A stretch of 31,481 bases of DNA from a virus, in the IMG/VR virus record IMGVR_UViG_3300028454_000103; one strand, 5' to 3'. Position 1 is the stretch's first letter. The number at the start of each line of letters is the position of its first letter. A program made the translations under genes and the position numbers. This document shows, in pieces, positions 1-6,485 of this stretch. The notes beneath the pieces are model-generated. The model was not told the DNA's origin. It saw only the letters and a program-made list of their open reading frames with translations, and searched no databases.

Positions 1-104
1 ATGGCTTGCCCGTTGGGCGCGCTTTGTCTGTGGGCTCTGCGCTTTCGGACTCGCTTTGGCGTTTCGGGCTTGCCTTGACTTGCGAGCAACCTTTAGCGGC
101 GTAA
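1..104 (+). CDS. Duplicate 3' end of the DGR target / tail-fibre gene (same sequence as 31341-31444), including part of the VR (1-81)
   Basis: Created by the terminal overlap. Stop codon TAA is at 102-104. This is not an independent gene. Confidence 0.8.
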   Translation, partial: GLPVGRALSVGSALSDSLWRFGLALTCEQPLAA

Positions 105-141
105 GCCGCAGGGGGAACGGGGGAGCACTCCCCCCGCATAC
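1..141. repeat. Terminal overlap: 1-141 is identical to 31341-31481 (closed circular or terminally redundant genome, unique length 31340 bp)
   Basis: Base-for-base comparison of both ends (atggcttgcccgttggg...ccccccgcatac). The tail-fibre ORF ending at 31444 runs through it. Confidence 0.95.
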
Positions 142-149
142 CCTATGCG
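96..149 (+). promoter_or_regulatory. Three consecutive hairpins at or after the target-gene stop codon (possible DGR target-site hairpin and/or late-operon terminator)
   Basis: GCGGC-GTAA-GCCGC (96-109, stop codon in the loop). GGGGGAG/CTCCCCC (119-125 / 128-134). CGCATA-CCC-TATGCG (135-149). Only a short TTT follows. Confidence 0.6.
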
Positions 150-213
150 CTTTGAAAGTGTAAATATATTAGGGGTTTAAGGGCACGACTTAGCGGAGCT
201 GCAAGCTGCTTTT

Positions 214-324
214 ACTTTGCCCGCTTTGGCAGCAATGGTAACAATGGCTTGCCCGTTGGGCGCGCTTTGAATGTGAACAATGCGCTTTCGAACTCGAATT
301 GGAATTACGGGCTTGCCTAGACTT
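214..324 (+). repeat. DGR template repeat (TR)
   Basis: 111 bp aligns without gaps to 31311-31421. All 19 mismatches are adenines in this copy and 0 of 88 non-A positions differ. This copy is non-coding (in-frame TAG at 318-320) and rich in AAY triplets. Confidence 0.93.
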
Positions 325-480
325 TTCTAATTATGGAATATTAACAAAATGTGCCCTTTTATCCTACACCGCAGGGCGTTGCAACACGCCTAGCTATTTA
401 GCAAGTGGAAATACACCCGCAAAAGGTAAGGGCTAGTAGTACAGAAATAACGAAAACCCTTTAGGAGAATAAGTCACACC

Positions 481-1626
481 TTGAAAACCTATAAACACCT
501 TTTAGAGCAGATCGCAGACAAAGACAACGTAAGAAAAGCAATACTTAACGCAAGCAAGAGAAAAAGACATAGAAAAGACGTTAAACAAGTGATAGAGAAT
601 ATAGACTACCACGTAGAAGTAGTACACAACATGCTACTTACTGGCAGCTATAAGGCACACGTAGACGCGCCGTGTATTGTTAATGAGGGTACACACCACA
701 AAGTACGGCGCATACGTAAGCCACATTACAAGTACGACCAGATTATACACCACTGTATTATACAAGTACTGCAGCCGATATTAACCGCACCTATGTACGA
801 GTACAGCTGCGGCAGTATTCCAAAGAGGGGCGCACACTACGGCAAGCGGCGGCTAGAAAAGTGGATAAGGAACGACGTAAAAGGCACTAAGTATGTTTTT
901 AAAATGGATATTAAGCACTTTTACGAGAGTGTAGACCAAGACGTACTTAAGAGCATGCTAAAGGCTAAAATAAAAGACTGGCGGGCACTAGAGCTTATAT
1001 ACACAGTTATAGACAGCTGCGAAAAGGGCTTACCGTTAGGCAATTATACTAGCCAGTGGTTTGCAAACTTTATGCTAACGCCACTAGACCACTACATAAA
1101 AGAAGAGCTGCACGCTAAGTACTATATGCGATACATGGACGACATAGTAATACTGGGCGGCAATAAGAAAGAACTACACAAGATACACAAGGCTATAGAG
1201 AAGTACTTAAGCGAGCGCTTACACTTACGCATTAAGGAAAACTGGCAAGTATTTAGGCTTGTATATACCGACAGGAACGGACGGCAGCGCGGCAGATCAC
1301 TAGACTTTATGGGCTGGCAATTTTACCGCGAGAAAACCATACTACGCGAAAGCATTTACTTACGTATTGTACGCAAGGCAAGGCACGTAGGTAAGCACAC
1401 GACCATACAGGGCGCGCAAGGTATGATTAGCTACATGGGCTATATTAAGCATACGGACTGTTACGGCACTTACAGAGACTATATACGCCCGTATGTAAAT
1501 ATAGGAAAACTAAAGAAATTCACATCAAAAAGAGCCAAGAAAGGAGCGCTAAAAAATGGAGCGGAGAAAAACGACAGGAACGCAGACGACACAGCCAGCA
1601 GTACTAGACCTAGACAGCAGCCCTAG
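481..1626 (+). CDS. DGR-type reverse transcriptase
   Basis: 381 aa with a TTG start 13 nt after AGGAG. RT motifs IPKRG, FKMDIKHFY and YMDD (nt 1132-1143). LGNYTSQ (nt 1033-1053) matches the DGR-clade [I/L]GxxxSQ signature. Adjacent TR. Confidence 0.93.
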   Translation: MKTYKHLLEQIADKDNVRKAILNASKRKRHRKDVKQVIENIDYHVEVVHNMLLTGSYKAHVDAPCIVNEGTHHKVRRIRKPHYKYDQIIHHCIIQVLQPILTAPMYEYSCGSIPKRGAHYGKRRLEKWIRNDVKGTKYVFKMDIKHFYESVDQDVLKSMLKAKIKDWRALELIYTVIDSCEKGLPLGNYTSQWFANFMLTPLDHYIKEELHAKYYMRYMDDIVILGGNKKELHKIHKAIEKYLSERLHLRIKENWQVFRLVYTDRNGRQRGRSLDFMGWQFYREKTILRESIYLRIVRKARHVGKHTTIQGAQGMISYMGYIKHTDCYGTYRDYIRPYVNIGKLKKFTSKRAKKGALKNGAEKNDRNADDTASSTRPRQQP

Positions 1627-1903
1627 TACGGTTTACATACGAAAGAACATTACCAAAGCGACAGTAAGAGACGCAGAGGGCGTTAAAGTGCCCGTATGGA
1701 AGTACGACGAGGCAGCAATTAGCCGCGCAGAGTATGAGAAAAACGAGGCAATTTACAGCGAGCTTGTAGTAATGATTGAGCAGCAGGCAGCTAACGACAG
1801 CATTTACAGCGAAGTACTTTTACAGCAGGCAGACGCACAGGCAACGCTAGAAGAGCAAGACCAGACGCTAGCAGACATTCTACTTACAGTACAGGGGGTT
1901 TAA
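1556..1903 (+). CDS. Hypothetical protein, possibly XkdW-like (tail-fibre-associated); overlaps the RT 3' end by 71 nt
   Basis: AGGAG lies 10 nt upstream of the ATG. Acidic helical C-terminus ending LADILLTVQGV. Sits directly before an XkdX-like ORF, as in PBSX-type tail modules. Confidence 0.5.
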   Translation: MERRKTTGTQTTQPAVLDLDSSPSTVYIRKNITKATVRDAEGVKVPVWKYDEAAISRAEYEKNEAIYSELVVMIEQQAANDSIYSEVLLQQADAQATLEEQDQTLADILLTVQGV

Positions 1904-1906
1904 ACC

Positions 1907-2050
1907 ATGAGCAGACTTTATAAGACCGTAAAAAGATACTACGACAAAGGCTACTACGACGAGGCAGACGTAGCAGTATTTGTTAGAGCGGGGAGCATTA
2001 CACCAGAAGAGTACGAGCTTATTACTGGCGAGCCTTACGAGGAAGAGTAA
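1907..2050 (+). CDS. XkdX-family small phage protein (47 aa; below the ORF-track cutoff)
   Basis: Translation MSRLYKTVKRYYDKGYYDEADVAVFVRAGSITPEEYELITGEPYEEE. The KRYYD...ITxEEYExITGE pattern is typical of XkdX. Confidence 0.6.
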   Translation: MSRLYKTVKRYYDKGYYDEADVAVFVRAGSITPEEYELITGEPYEEE

Positions 2051-2056
2051 CGGCGT

Positions 2057-2410
2057 ATGACACCAGCAAACTACATAAGCATAGGCGCTTTGCTCGTTTC
2101 CTGCATTATGGCTTTTGTGAACATCAAAAACGGAAAGCTAAGCAACAGACGAGCAGACAGCGCAGAGGACGAACAGAGGGCGCAGCGCGCCAGAGAGGAA
2201 CAAGCGAAAGACACACAAGTAATGCTTACCCTTAACAATATCGAGAAACAGCTTAACAAGATAGACGGCGCGATAGATACAGTACGACAGGACACCAGAG
2301 ACAACCACGACAAGCTACTTATAGCGCTGGAAAGTCAAAAGAGCATGCACAAGCGCATAGACGAACACGAGCAGCGTATTAACGACTTAGAGCAGGCGCT
2401 TAGAAAGTAG
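2057..2410 (+). CDS. Membrane-anchored coiled-coil protein of the lysis cassette (XhlA-like role possible)
   Basis: N-terminal TM segment (ISIGALLVSCIMAFV) followed by a long charged coiled coil. Positioned upstream of the holin and endolysin. Confidence 0.6.
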   Translation: MTPANYISIGALLVSCIMAFVNIKNGKLSNRRADSAEDEQRAQRAREEQAKDTQVMLTLNNIEKQLNKIDGAIDTVRQDTRDNHDKLLIALESQKSMHKRIDEHEQRINDLEQALRK

Positions 2411-2420
2411 GGCAGTAGAA

Positions 2421-2714
2421 GTGGAAAAGAGAAAGCGCATAAGAGCTGCGGGGCGCTGGCTATGGGAATTTAGCAAGCGCGTTGTAGTGATTATGGCGGC
2501 ACTCTATTTTATATCTTTTATCTATGCTATGGTATGCTGCTGCATAGCTGTAGAGCTTGCAGCAGACACCACAGCGCTAGCTACGCTTATTACAGAGACT
2601 AACGAGACATTTAGAGTAGTAGTAGGCGGCTACATGATAAAGGCAGGAGTAGAGAACGCCACCAAGATACTAAGAAATAGCCGCGAGGACGGCTACGACG
2701 AGCCACAGGGCTAG
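2421..2714 (+). CDS. Small membrane protein (holin-like or lysis accessory)
   Basis: GTG start. Basic N-terminus, then hydrophobic VVVIMAALYFISFIYAMVCCCIAVELAA. Confidence 0.5.
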   Translation: MEKRKRIRAAGRWLWEFSKRVVVIMAALYFISFIYAMVCCCIAVELAADTTALATLITETNETFRVVVGGYMIKAGVENATKILRNSREDGYDEPQG

Positions 2715-2729
2715 AAAAGAGGTATAAAC

Positions 2730-3089
2730 ATGGAGCAGATTATTAACAACTGGGCGCTTATTATTGCAGCAGTAGCGCTCGTAGTATCAGTGGTAACAGC
2801 TGTAATTAAGTTTACCAACATGCCAACAGCCGCCCAGATCGCAAAAGTAAAAGAGTGGCTGCTTTATGCAGTGACTATGGCAGAGAAAGAGCTAGGCGGC
2901 GGCACTGGCAAGCTAAAGCTACGCTACGTGTACGACTTGTTTTTAACTAAGTTTAACTGGCTGGCAAAGGTTATTAGTTTCGAGCAGTTTAGCGACCTAG
3001 TAGACGAGGCACTAGAGGAAATGAAACGCCTATTAGAGAGTAACAACGCAGTAAAAGAAATTGTAAATAACAACGTTAAAGAGGAATAG
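2730..3089 (+). CDS. Holin, LL-H-family-like
   Basis: Single N-terminal TM (WALIIAAVALVVSVVTAVI) plus a helical cytoplasmic domain. Lies immediately upstream of the endolysin. RBS agaggt. Confidence 0.65.
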   Translation: MEQIINNWALIIAAVALVVSVVTAVIKFTNMPTAAQIAKVKEWLLYAVTMAEKELGGGTGKLKLRYVYDLFLTKFNWLAKVISFEQFSDLVDEALEEMKRLLESNNAVKEIVNNNVKEE

Positions 3090-3101
3090 GGGGCGCAGAT
3101 C

Positions 3102-3998
3102 ATGGCAACAGCAGCACAAGTAGCAACATTTATACAGACGATAGCGCCGCTAGTACAAAAGTACGCCAAGCAGTACGGCTACAAGGTAGCTAGCCCTATT
3201 ATTGCGCAAGCGTGCTGCGAGAGCGCATACGGTACAAGCTGGATAAGCAAAGAGCCATACTTTAATTTTTTCGGCATGAAGTGCGGCAGCGCATGGAAAG
3301 GGCGCAGCGTTTCTGCCAGAACAAAAGAAGAGTACCAAGTAGGCGTACTTACTAGCATTGTAGACAACTTTAGAGCATACGACAGTTACGAAGAGGGCGT
3401 AGAGGGCTACTTTAAGTTTATTAACTGGAGCAGATACGCTAACCTTAAGACAGCCACCACACCAAAGCAGTACTTAGAGTACATCAAAGCAGACGGCTAC
3501 GCGACCAGCAGCACGTATGTTAATACAAACATGAATATTATTAACACTTACGGGCTAACTAAGTACGATAATTTGGACTTAATCGAGGCAGCGCCAGTGC
3601 AGCAGCCAGCGCAGCAGCCTACTTTTAAGGCGACAGGCACAGCAGTTACGACAGCTAACTTACGCATGAGGGCGGGAGCTGGCACGAGCTTTAGTACACT
3701 CTTAGTAGTTAACAAGGGCTGCACCGTACAAGTAGACGGCACAGTAGTTAACGGCTGGTATCATTGCAAATATGGTAACGTAGTGGGCTACATGAGCGGC
3801 AACTACCTTAAGAACATACAAACAACCAGCAGCACGCCTGCTGCCACACGCACGCACAAAGTAAAGAGGGGCGACACTCTTAGCCAGATCGCAAAGAAAT
3901 ACGGCACAACCGTTAACGCTATTGTACTGGCTAACCGCAGCAAGTACCCTAAGATTACAGCTAACTATATTGTAGTGGGCTGGGAGCTTGTAGTATAA
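3102..3998 (+). CDS. Endolysin: N-acetylglucosaminidase (GH73) + SH3 + LysM
   Basis: AQACCESAYGTS...FNFFGMK glucosaminidase motif. SH3-like TANLRMRAGAGTSF...GWYHCKYGNVVGYMSGNYL. C-terminal LysM HKVKRGDTLSQIAKKYGTTVNAIV. Confidence 0.9.
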   Translation: MATAAQVATFIQTIAPLVQKYAKQYGYKVASPIIAQACCESAYGTSWISKEPYFNFFGMKCGSAWKGRSVSARTKEEYQVGVLTSIVDNFRAYDSYEEGVEGYFKFINWSRYANLKTATTPKQYLEYIKADGYATSSTYVNTNMNIINTYGLTKYDNLDLIEAAPVQQPAQQPTFKATGTAVTTANLRMRAGAGTSFSTLLVVNKGCTVQVDGTVVNGWYHCKYGNVVGYMSGNYLKNIQTTSSTPAATRTHKVKRGDTLSQIAKKYGTTVNAIVLANRSKYPKITANYIVVGWELVV

Positions 3999-4222
3999 TG
4001 GGGCACGACGAGGCAGTAAGAATACTAGCAGCTAATGCAGCATGCCAGCTGCAAAACGGCTGCAATGTTTGCCCGCTGCTGCCGTTTTTGGTAGATCATG
4101 GACGGCAAGAGGGTTACTGCAGAGAGAATACAAGCCCAGAAAAAGTGCGAGAGGCAGTTACAGTTATACACCAAGAGGCGACGCTTAAGGCAGTCTTAGA
4201 CGGCACAGCAAAGCTGCAGTAA
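3998..4222 (+). CDS. Small Cys-containing hypothetical protein (moron position between lysis genes and attP)
   Basis: 74-aa ORF whose ATG overlaps the endolysin stop (TAATG). No recognisable domain. Confidence 0.5.
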   Translation: MGHDEAVRILAANAACQLQNGCNVCPLLPFLVDHGRQEGYCRENTSPEKVREAVTVIHQEATLKAVLDGTAKLQ

Positions 4223-4227
4223 GTGAC

Positions 4228-4425
4228 ACGTAACTAACAACCGATAGAGAAAAGCCCAGAAAATGCGCGCCCGCCGTTTCAATCGAGGAGGCGGCAAAGG
4301 CTGGCAAGTTTTAAGAAATGCCGTATTTTCTAGGCTTTGCAAAAATCTAAAACAATGTGAGATAGTACAAAATAGTACGGGTAACTAACACGTAACTAAC
4401 AAGTAACTAACACACGTAACTAACA
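4228..4425. repeat. Five copies of GTAACTAACA (three as ACGTAACTAACA): candidate integrase arm-type sites
   Basis: Copies at 4230-4239, 4381-4390, 4392-4401, 4403-4412 and 4416-4425. The last four are spaced 11, 11 and 13 bp apart. Confidence 0.8.
4251..4338. repeat. 14-bp inverted repeat (13/14 match) flanking about 60 bp: candidate attP core region
   Basis: AAAGCCCAGAAAAT (4251-4264) against ATTTTCTAGGCTTT (4325-4338). Lies between the solitary and clustered GTAACTAACA copies. Confidence 0.5.
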
Positions 4426-4427
4426 AA

Positions 4428-4464
4428 AGAGCTAACCAGTATAGCAGCTGGCTAGCTCTTTTTT
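4428..4464. terminator. Bidirectional rho-independent terminator between the lysis operon (+) and integrase (-)
   Basis: Stem AGAGCTAACCAG / CTGGCTAGCTCT (12 bp, 1 mismatch) followed by TTTTTT and preceded by AAAA. Confidence 0.8.
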
Positions 4465-4504
4465 ATGTCGGAATATGTCGGAATATGTCGGAATACGTCG
4501 GACG
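4465..4504. repeat. Tandem 10-bp repeat ATGTCGGAAT x3 plus a degenerate fourth copy
   Basis: Copies at 4465-4474, 4475-4484 and 4485-4494, then ACGTCGGACG. Followed by CATTATGCG x2 and ACTTGCGTA x2 up to the integrase stop codon. Confidence 0.85.
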
Positions 4505-4594
4505 CATGCGACATTATGCGGCATTATGCGTATACATGAGGTTTACAAAATGCAAGGCGTAGGACTTGCGTATAACTTGCGTACGAGTTGCGCG

Positions 4595-5650
4595 TTATGT
4601 TATTTTCTCTATTTCCTGCTTAAGCTCGTCTATTGTTCTATGCGTATACACCTTTTCTGTTACGTCGTCTATGGCGTGCCCTACAATGAGCTTAAGTATA
4701 TACTCGTCTACGCCGCTTTCTTTCGCTTTAGTTATGAACGTGTGGCGGGTATCGTGGGGCGTGTGCTGCATTTTAAAGCGTTTCATAATCTTTTTAAAGC
4801 GCCCGCGCCACTTATCGTACGTAAGCTCTTTACCAGTCTGGCTGCTTTCATCATAAAAGAGGGTATCGCAGCCAGCGGCAGCAGCTTTGTTATAGCAGCT
4901 TTCGACCAGATCATAAACGCGGCTATGTATCGGTACTACCCTATTGCGCCCTGCGTCAGTCTTAAGCCCGCCTATTATGGTACGCTCTTTTAAGTCTACG
5001 TCGCTTAGTTTAAGTATAGCTAGCTCTTGTGGACGAAAGCCGCTATATATTCCTATAAGCAGCATGTCTACAAACGGGTAAGCCAGATTACTAAACAGCG
5101 TTTCTATTTCATTATCAGAGAACGGCACACGCTTAATAACCTTTTCGCCCTTTTTAACGCTATTACACAGCGCCGCGTAGTCTTTGTCGCATATTTCATG
5201 CTTAAGAGCGTACTTGTACATGAGATTATAAAGGCTTTTCATGCGCTGCTTAGTGGGCTGCCCTGCTGCCGCGTCTTTAATAGTTTGTTCTAAGTGGTTT
5301 ACGCGTATATCTCTAAAGCGCATATCGTGCAGCGGGGCGCTATGGTTATATGCGCTTATCCATGTGCGGCGGGCGCTGGGTACTATAAGCTCGAAATGCT
5401 CTTTAGCCCACTTTTCGTACACTTCCTTAAATGTAATCGTATTTACTTGTATGTCGTAGGGGTTAGCGTTGAAGTCTGCCAGCGCTTGCAGTGCAGCAGC
5501 CTTAGTAGGATAATAGCCGACTGTTACGAAATGCTGCTTAGCTTTTCCGCTATCATCAATAGACCAGCCCGTAGTTTTACGGGCTATATATGGGTTACGT
5601 CGTTTGCCAGATAGTTTATAAACAGAGCCGTAGCCGTTTGGTAGTTTCAT
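4595..5650 (-). CDS. int: Tyrosine site-specific integrase
   Basis: 351 aa. C-terminal catalytic pattern HDTRHTF...GH...EKVYTHR. N-terminal arm-binding-like MKLPNGYGSVYKLSGKRRNPYIARK. Confidence 0.95.
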   Translation of the reverse strand: MKLPNGYGSVYKLSGKRRNPYIARKTTGWSIDDSGKAKQHFVTVGYYPTKAAALQALADFNANPYDIQVNTITFKEVYEKWAKEHFELIVPSARRTWISAYNHSAPLHDMRFRDIRVNHLEQTIKDAAAGQPTKQRMKSLYNLMYKYALKHEICDKDYAALCNSVKKGEKVIKRVPFSDNEIETLFSNLAYPFVDMLLIGIYSGFRPQELAILKLSDVDLKERTIIGGLKTDAGRNRVVPIHSRVYDLVESCYNKAAAAGCDTLFYDESSQTGKELTYDKWRGRFKKIMKRFKMQHTPHDTRHTFITKAKESGVDEYILKLIVGHAIDDVTEKVYTHRTIDELKQEIEKIT

Positions 5651-5694
5651 ATAATCACGCTTTCGTATGTAAAATGTGTATAAACGCTCTTAAA

Positions 5695-5729
5695 AGTGAC
5701 TAAAAAGGGGATATAGTGACTAAAAAGGG
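5695..5729. repeat. 15-bp direct repeat AGTGACTAAAAAGGG x2 with 20-bp periodicity (candidate regulator binding sites)
   Basis: Copies at 5695-5709 and 5715-5729, between the integrase start and a small + strand ORF. Confidence 0.85.
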
Positions 5730-5780
5730 CGTTAATATGTCTGTACCGCAAAATATATTAAGAAAGTGAGGTACTAAGAC

Positions 5781-5891
5781 ATGAGTAACAAGGAACTTAA
5801 GCAGCAGATCATAGACGCACTGGACGGTATTAACGACCAGAGGGCGCTTAAAATCATACTGCAGTTTATCTTAGGCATAAAAGACAAGCTA
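5781..5891 (+). CDS. Possible 36-aa micro-ORF (MSNKELKQQIIDALDGINDQRALKIILQFILGIKTS)
   Basis: GAGGT lies 8 nt upstream of the ATG and a terminator hairpin follows directly. Very short and has no homology call. Confidence 0.35.
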
Positions 5892-5904
5892 ATAAGGTAA
5901 AAAA

Positions 5905-5927
5905 TAAGCGGCGCATTACGTGCCGCT
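5905..5927. terminator. Bidirectional terminator hairpin
   Basis: AAGCGGC / GCCGCTT stem. TTTTAATTTT follows on + and ATTTTTT follows on -. The repressor stop codon lies in the loop. Confidence 0.75.
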
Positions 5928-6278
5928 TTTAATTTTGTCTACAAAGTCTTTTACTAGCTGCCACTGCTGCGGGCTAAGCTGCCCTAGCGCTAAGAAAGTC
6001 TTTTTAACGAACTCGTCGCCGTCTGTAAATACAGCGCCCAGCAGTTTAGCTAGTTGCTCGTCGTCGGACACTTTAACGAACATATCGCCGCTGCCAGTCT
6101 CTAAGTATTCTTTATTAACGTTAAACTCCCTGCAGATACTAATAAGCATTTGAGGGGTAACGTTATTAACGCCGCTTTCTATTCTGGAAATAGTAGCGCG
6201 CGTAACACCTAAGCGAGCGCCGAAACTTTCCATAGACATATCTAACGCTATTCTAATTGCTTTAACTCTTTCTTTCAT
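5916..6278 (-). CDS. XRE/cI-type HTH repressor
   Basis: HTH_3 pattern MSMESFGARLGVTRATISRIESGVNNVTPQMLISICREFNV. Divergent from the early operon and adjacent to the integrase. Confidence 0.9.
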   Translation of the reverse strand: MKERVKAIRIALDMSMESFGARLGVTRATISRIESGVNNVTPQMLISICREFNVNKEYLETGSGDMFVKVSDDEQLAKLLGAVFTDGDEFVKKTFLALGQLSPQQWQLVKDFVDKIKSGT

Positions 6279-6322
6279 AGTCTCAATTCCTTAATAAGTA
6301 TAAAATGCCTTTTTCTACCTAG

Positions 6323-6351
6323 ATTATAAGGCGTAAAGTTACTAAACGCAA
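6323..6351 (-). promoter_or_regulatory. Candidate repressor promoter (TTGCGT - 17 nt - TATAAT on the minus strand)
   Basis: Read on the reverse complement: -35 at 6346-6351 and -10 at 6323-6328. Confidence 0.6.
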
Positions 6352-6370
6352 CAGAAATATAAATTATATG

Positions 6371-6399
6371 TTGACACGCGTACGCGACGTAACTATAAT
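6371..6399 (+). promoter_or_regulatory. Early lytic promoter with perfect sigma-70 consensus; 10-bp palindrome CGCGTACGCG (6377-6386) in the spacer is a candidate operator
   Basis: TTGACA (6371-6376), exact 17-nt spacer, TATAAT (6394-6399). Confidence 0.8.
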
Positions 6400-6485
6400 G
6401 TTACATATAGAAACACAACAGCACTACATTTAGTACATGCGGAAACGCAAAACCACAATTTAACTTACGAAAGAGAGGTAACAAC

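Larger units (their letters stand above)
214..1626 (+). mobile_element. Diversity-generating retroelement core: TR, 156-nt spacer, reverse transcriptase
   Basis: TR lies immediately upstream of an RT ORF. The cognate VR is in the tail-fibre gene, which precedes it on the circle (132 bp between VR end and TR start). Confidence 0.9.

Noticed and set aside
1-81. Apparent second variable region or second DGR target at the window start
   Set aside because: It is the same DNA as 31341-31421, duplicated by the 141-bp terminal overlap. There is only one VR.
481-1626. RT as a retron, group II intron or abortive-infection RT
   Set aside because: No intron RNA domains, maturase/endonuclease extension or msr/msd-like inverted repeats are present. 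A cognate TR/VR pair with adenine-only substitutions and the [I/L]GxxxSQ motif point specifically to a DGR.
1556-1903. 115-aa ORF overlapping the RT 3' end as the missing Avd accessory protein
   Set aside because: It is acidic rather than basic and lies downstream rather than upstream of the TR. Its sequence and its pairing with an XkdX-like ORF fit an XkdW-like tail-module protein. This is not excluded experimentally.
4381-4504. Short tandem and phased repeats as a CRISPR array
   Set aside because: The repeats are only 10-12 bp with 1-3 bp spacers and there are no cas genes. The pattern fits recombinase or regulator binding sites in an attP region.
4475-4993. 172-aa plus-strand ORF (with ORFs at 4566-4856, 5027-5293, 5241-5459 and 5294-5614)
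   Set aside because: These are antisense shadows of the integrase gene, whose catalytic motifs clearly support the minus strand.
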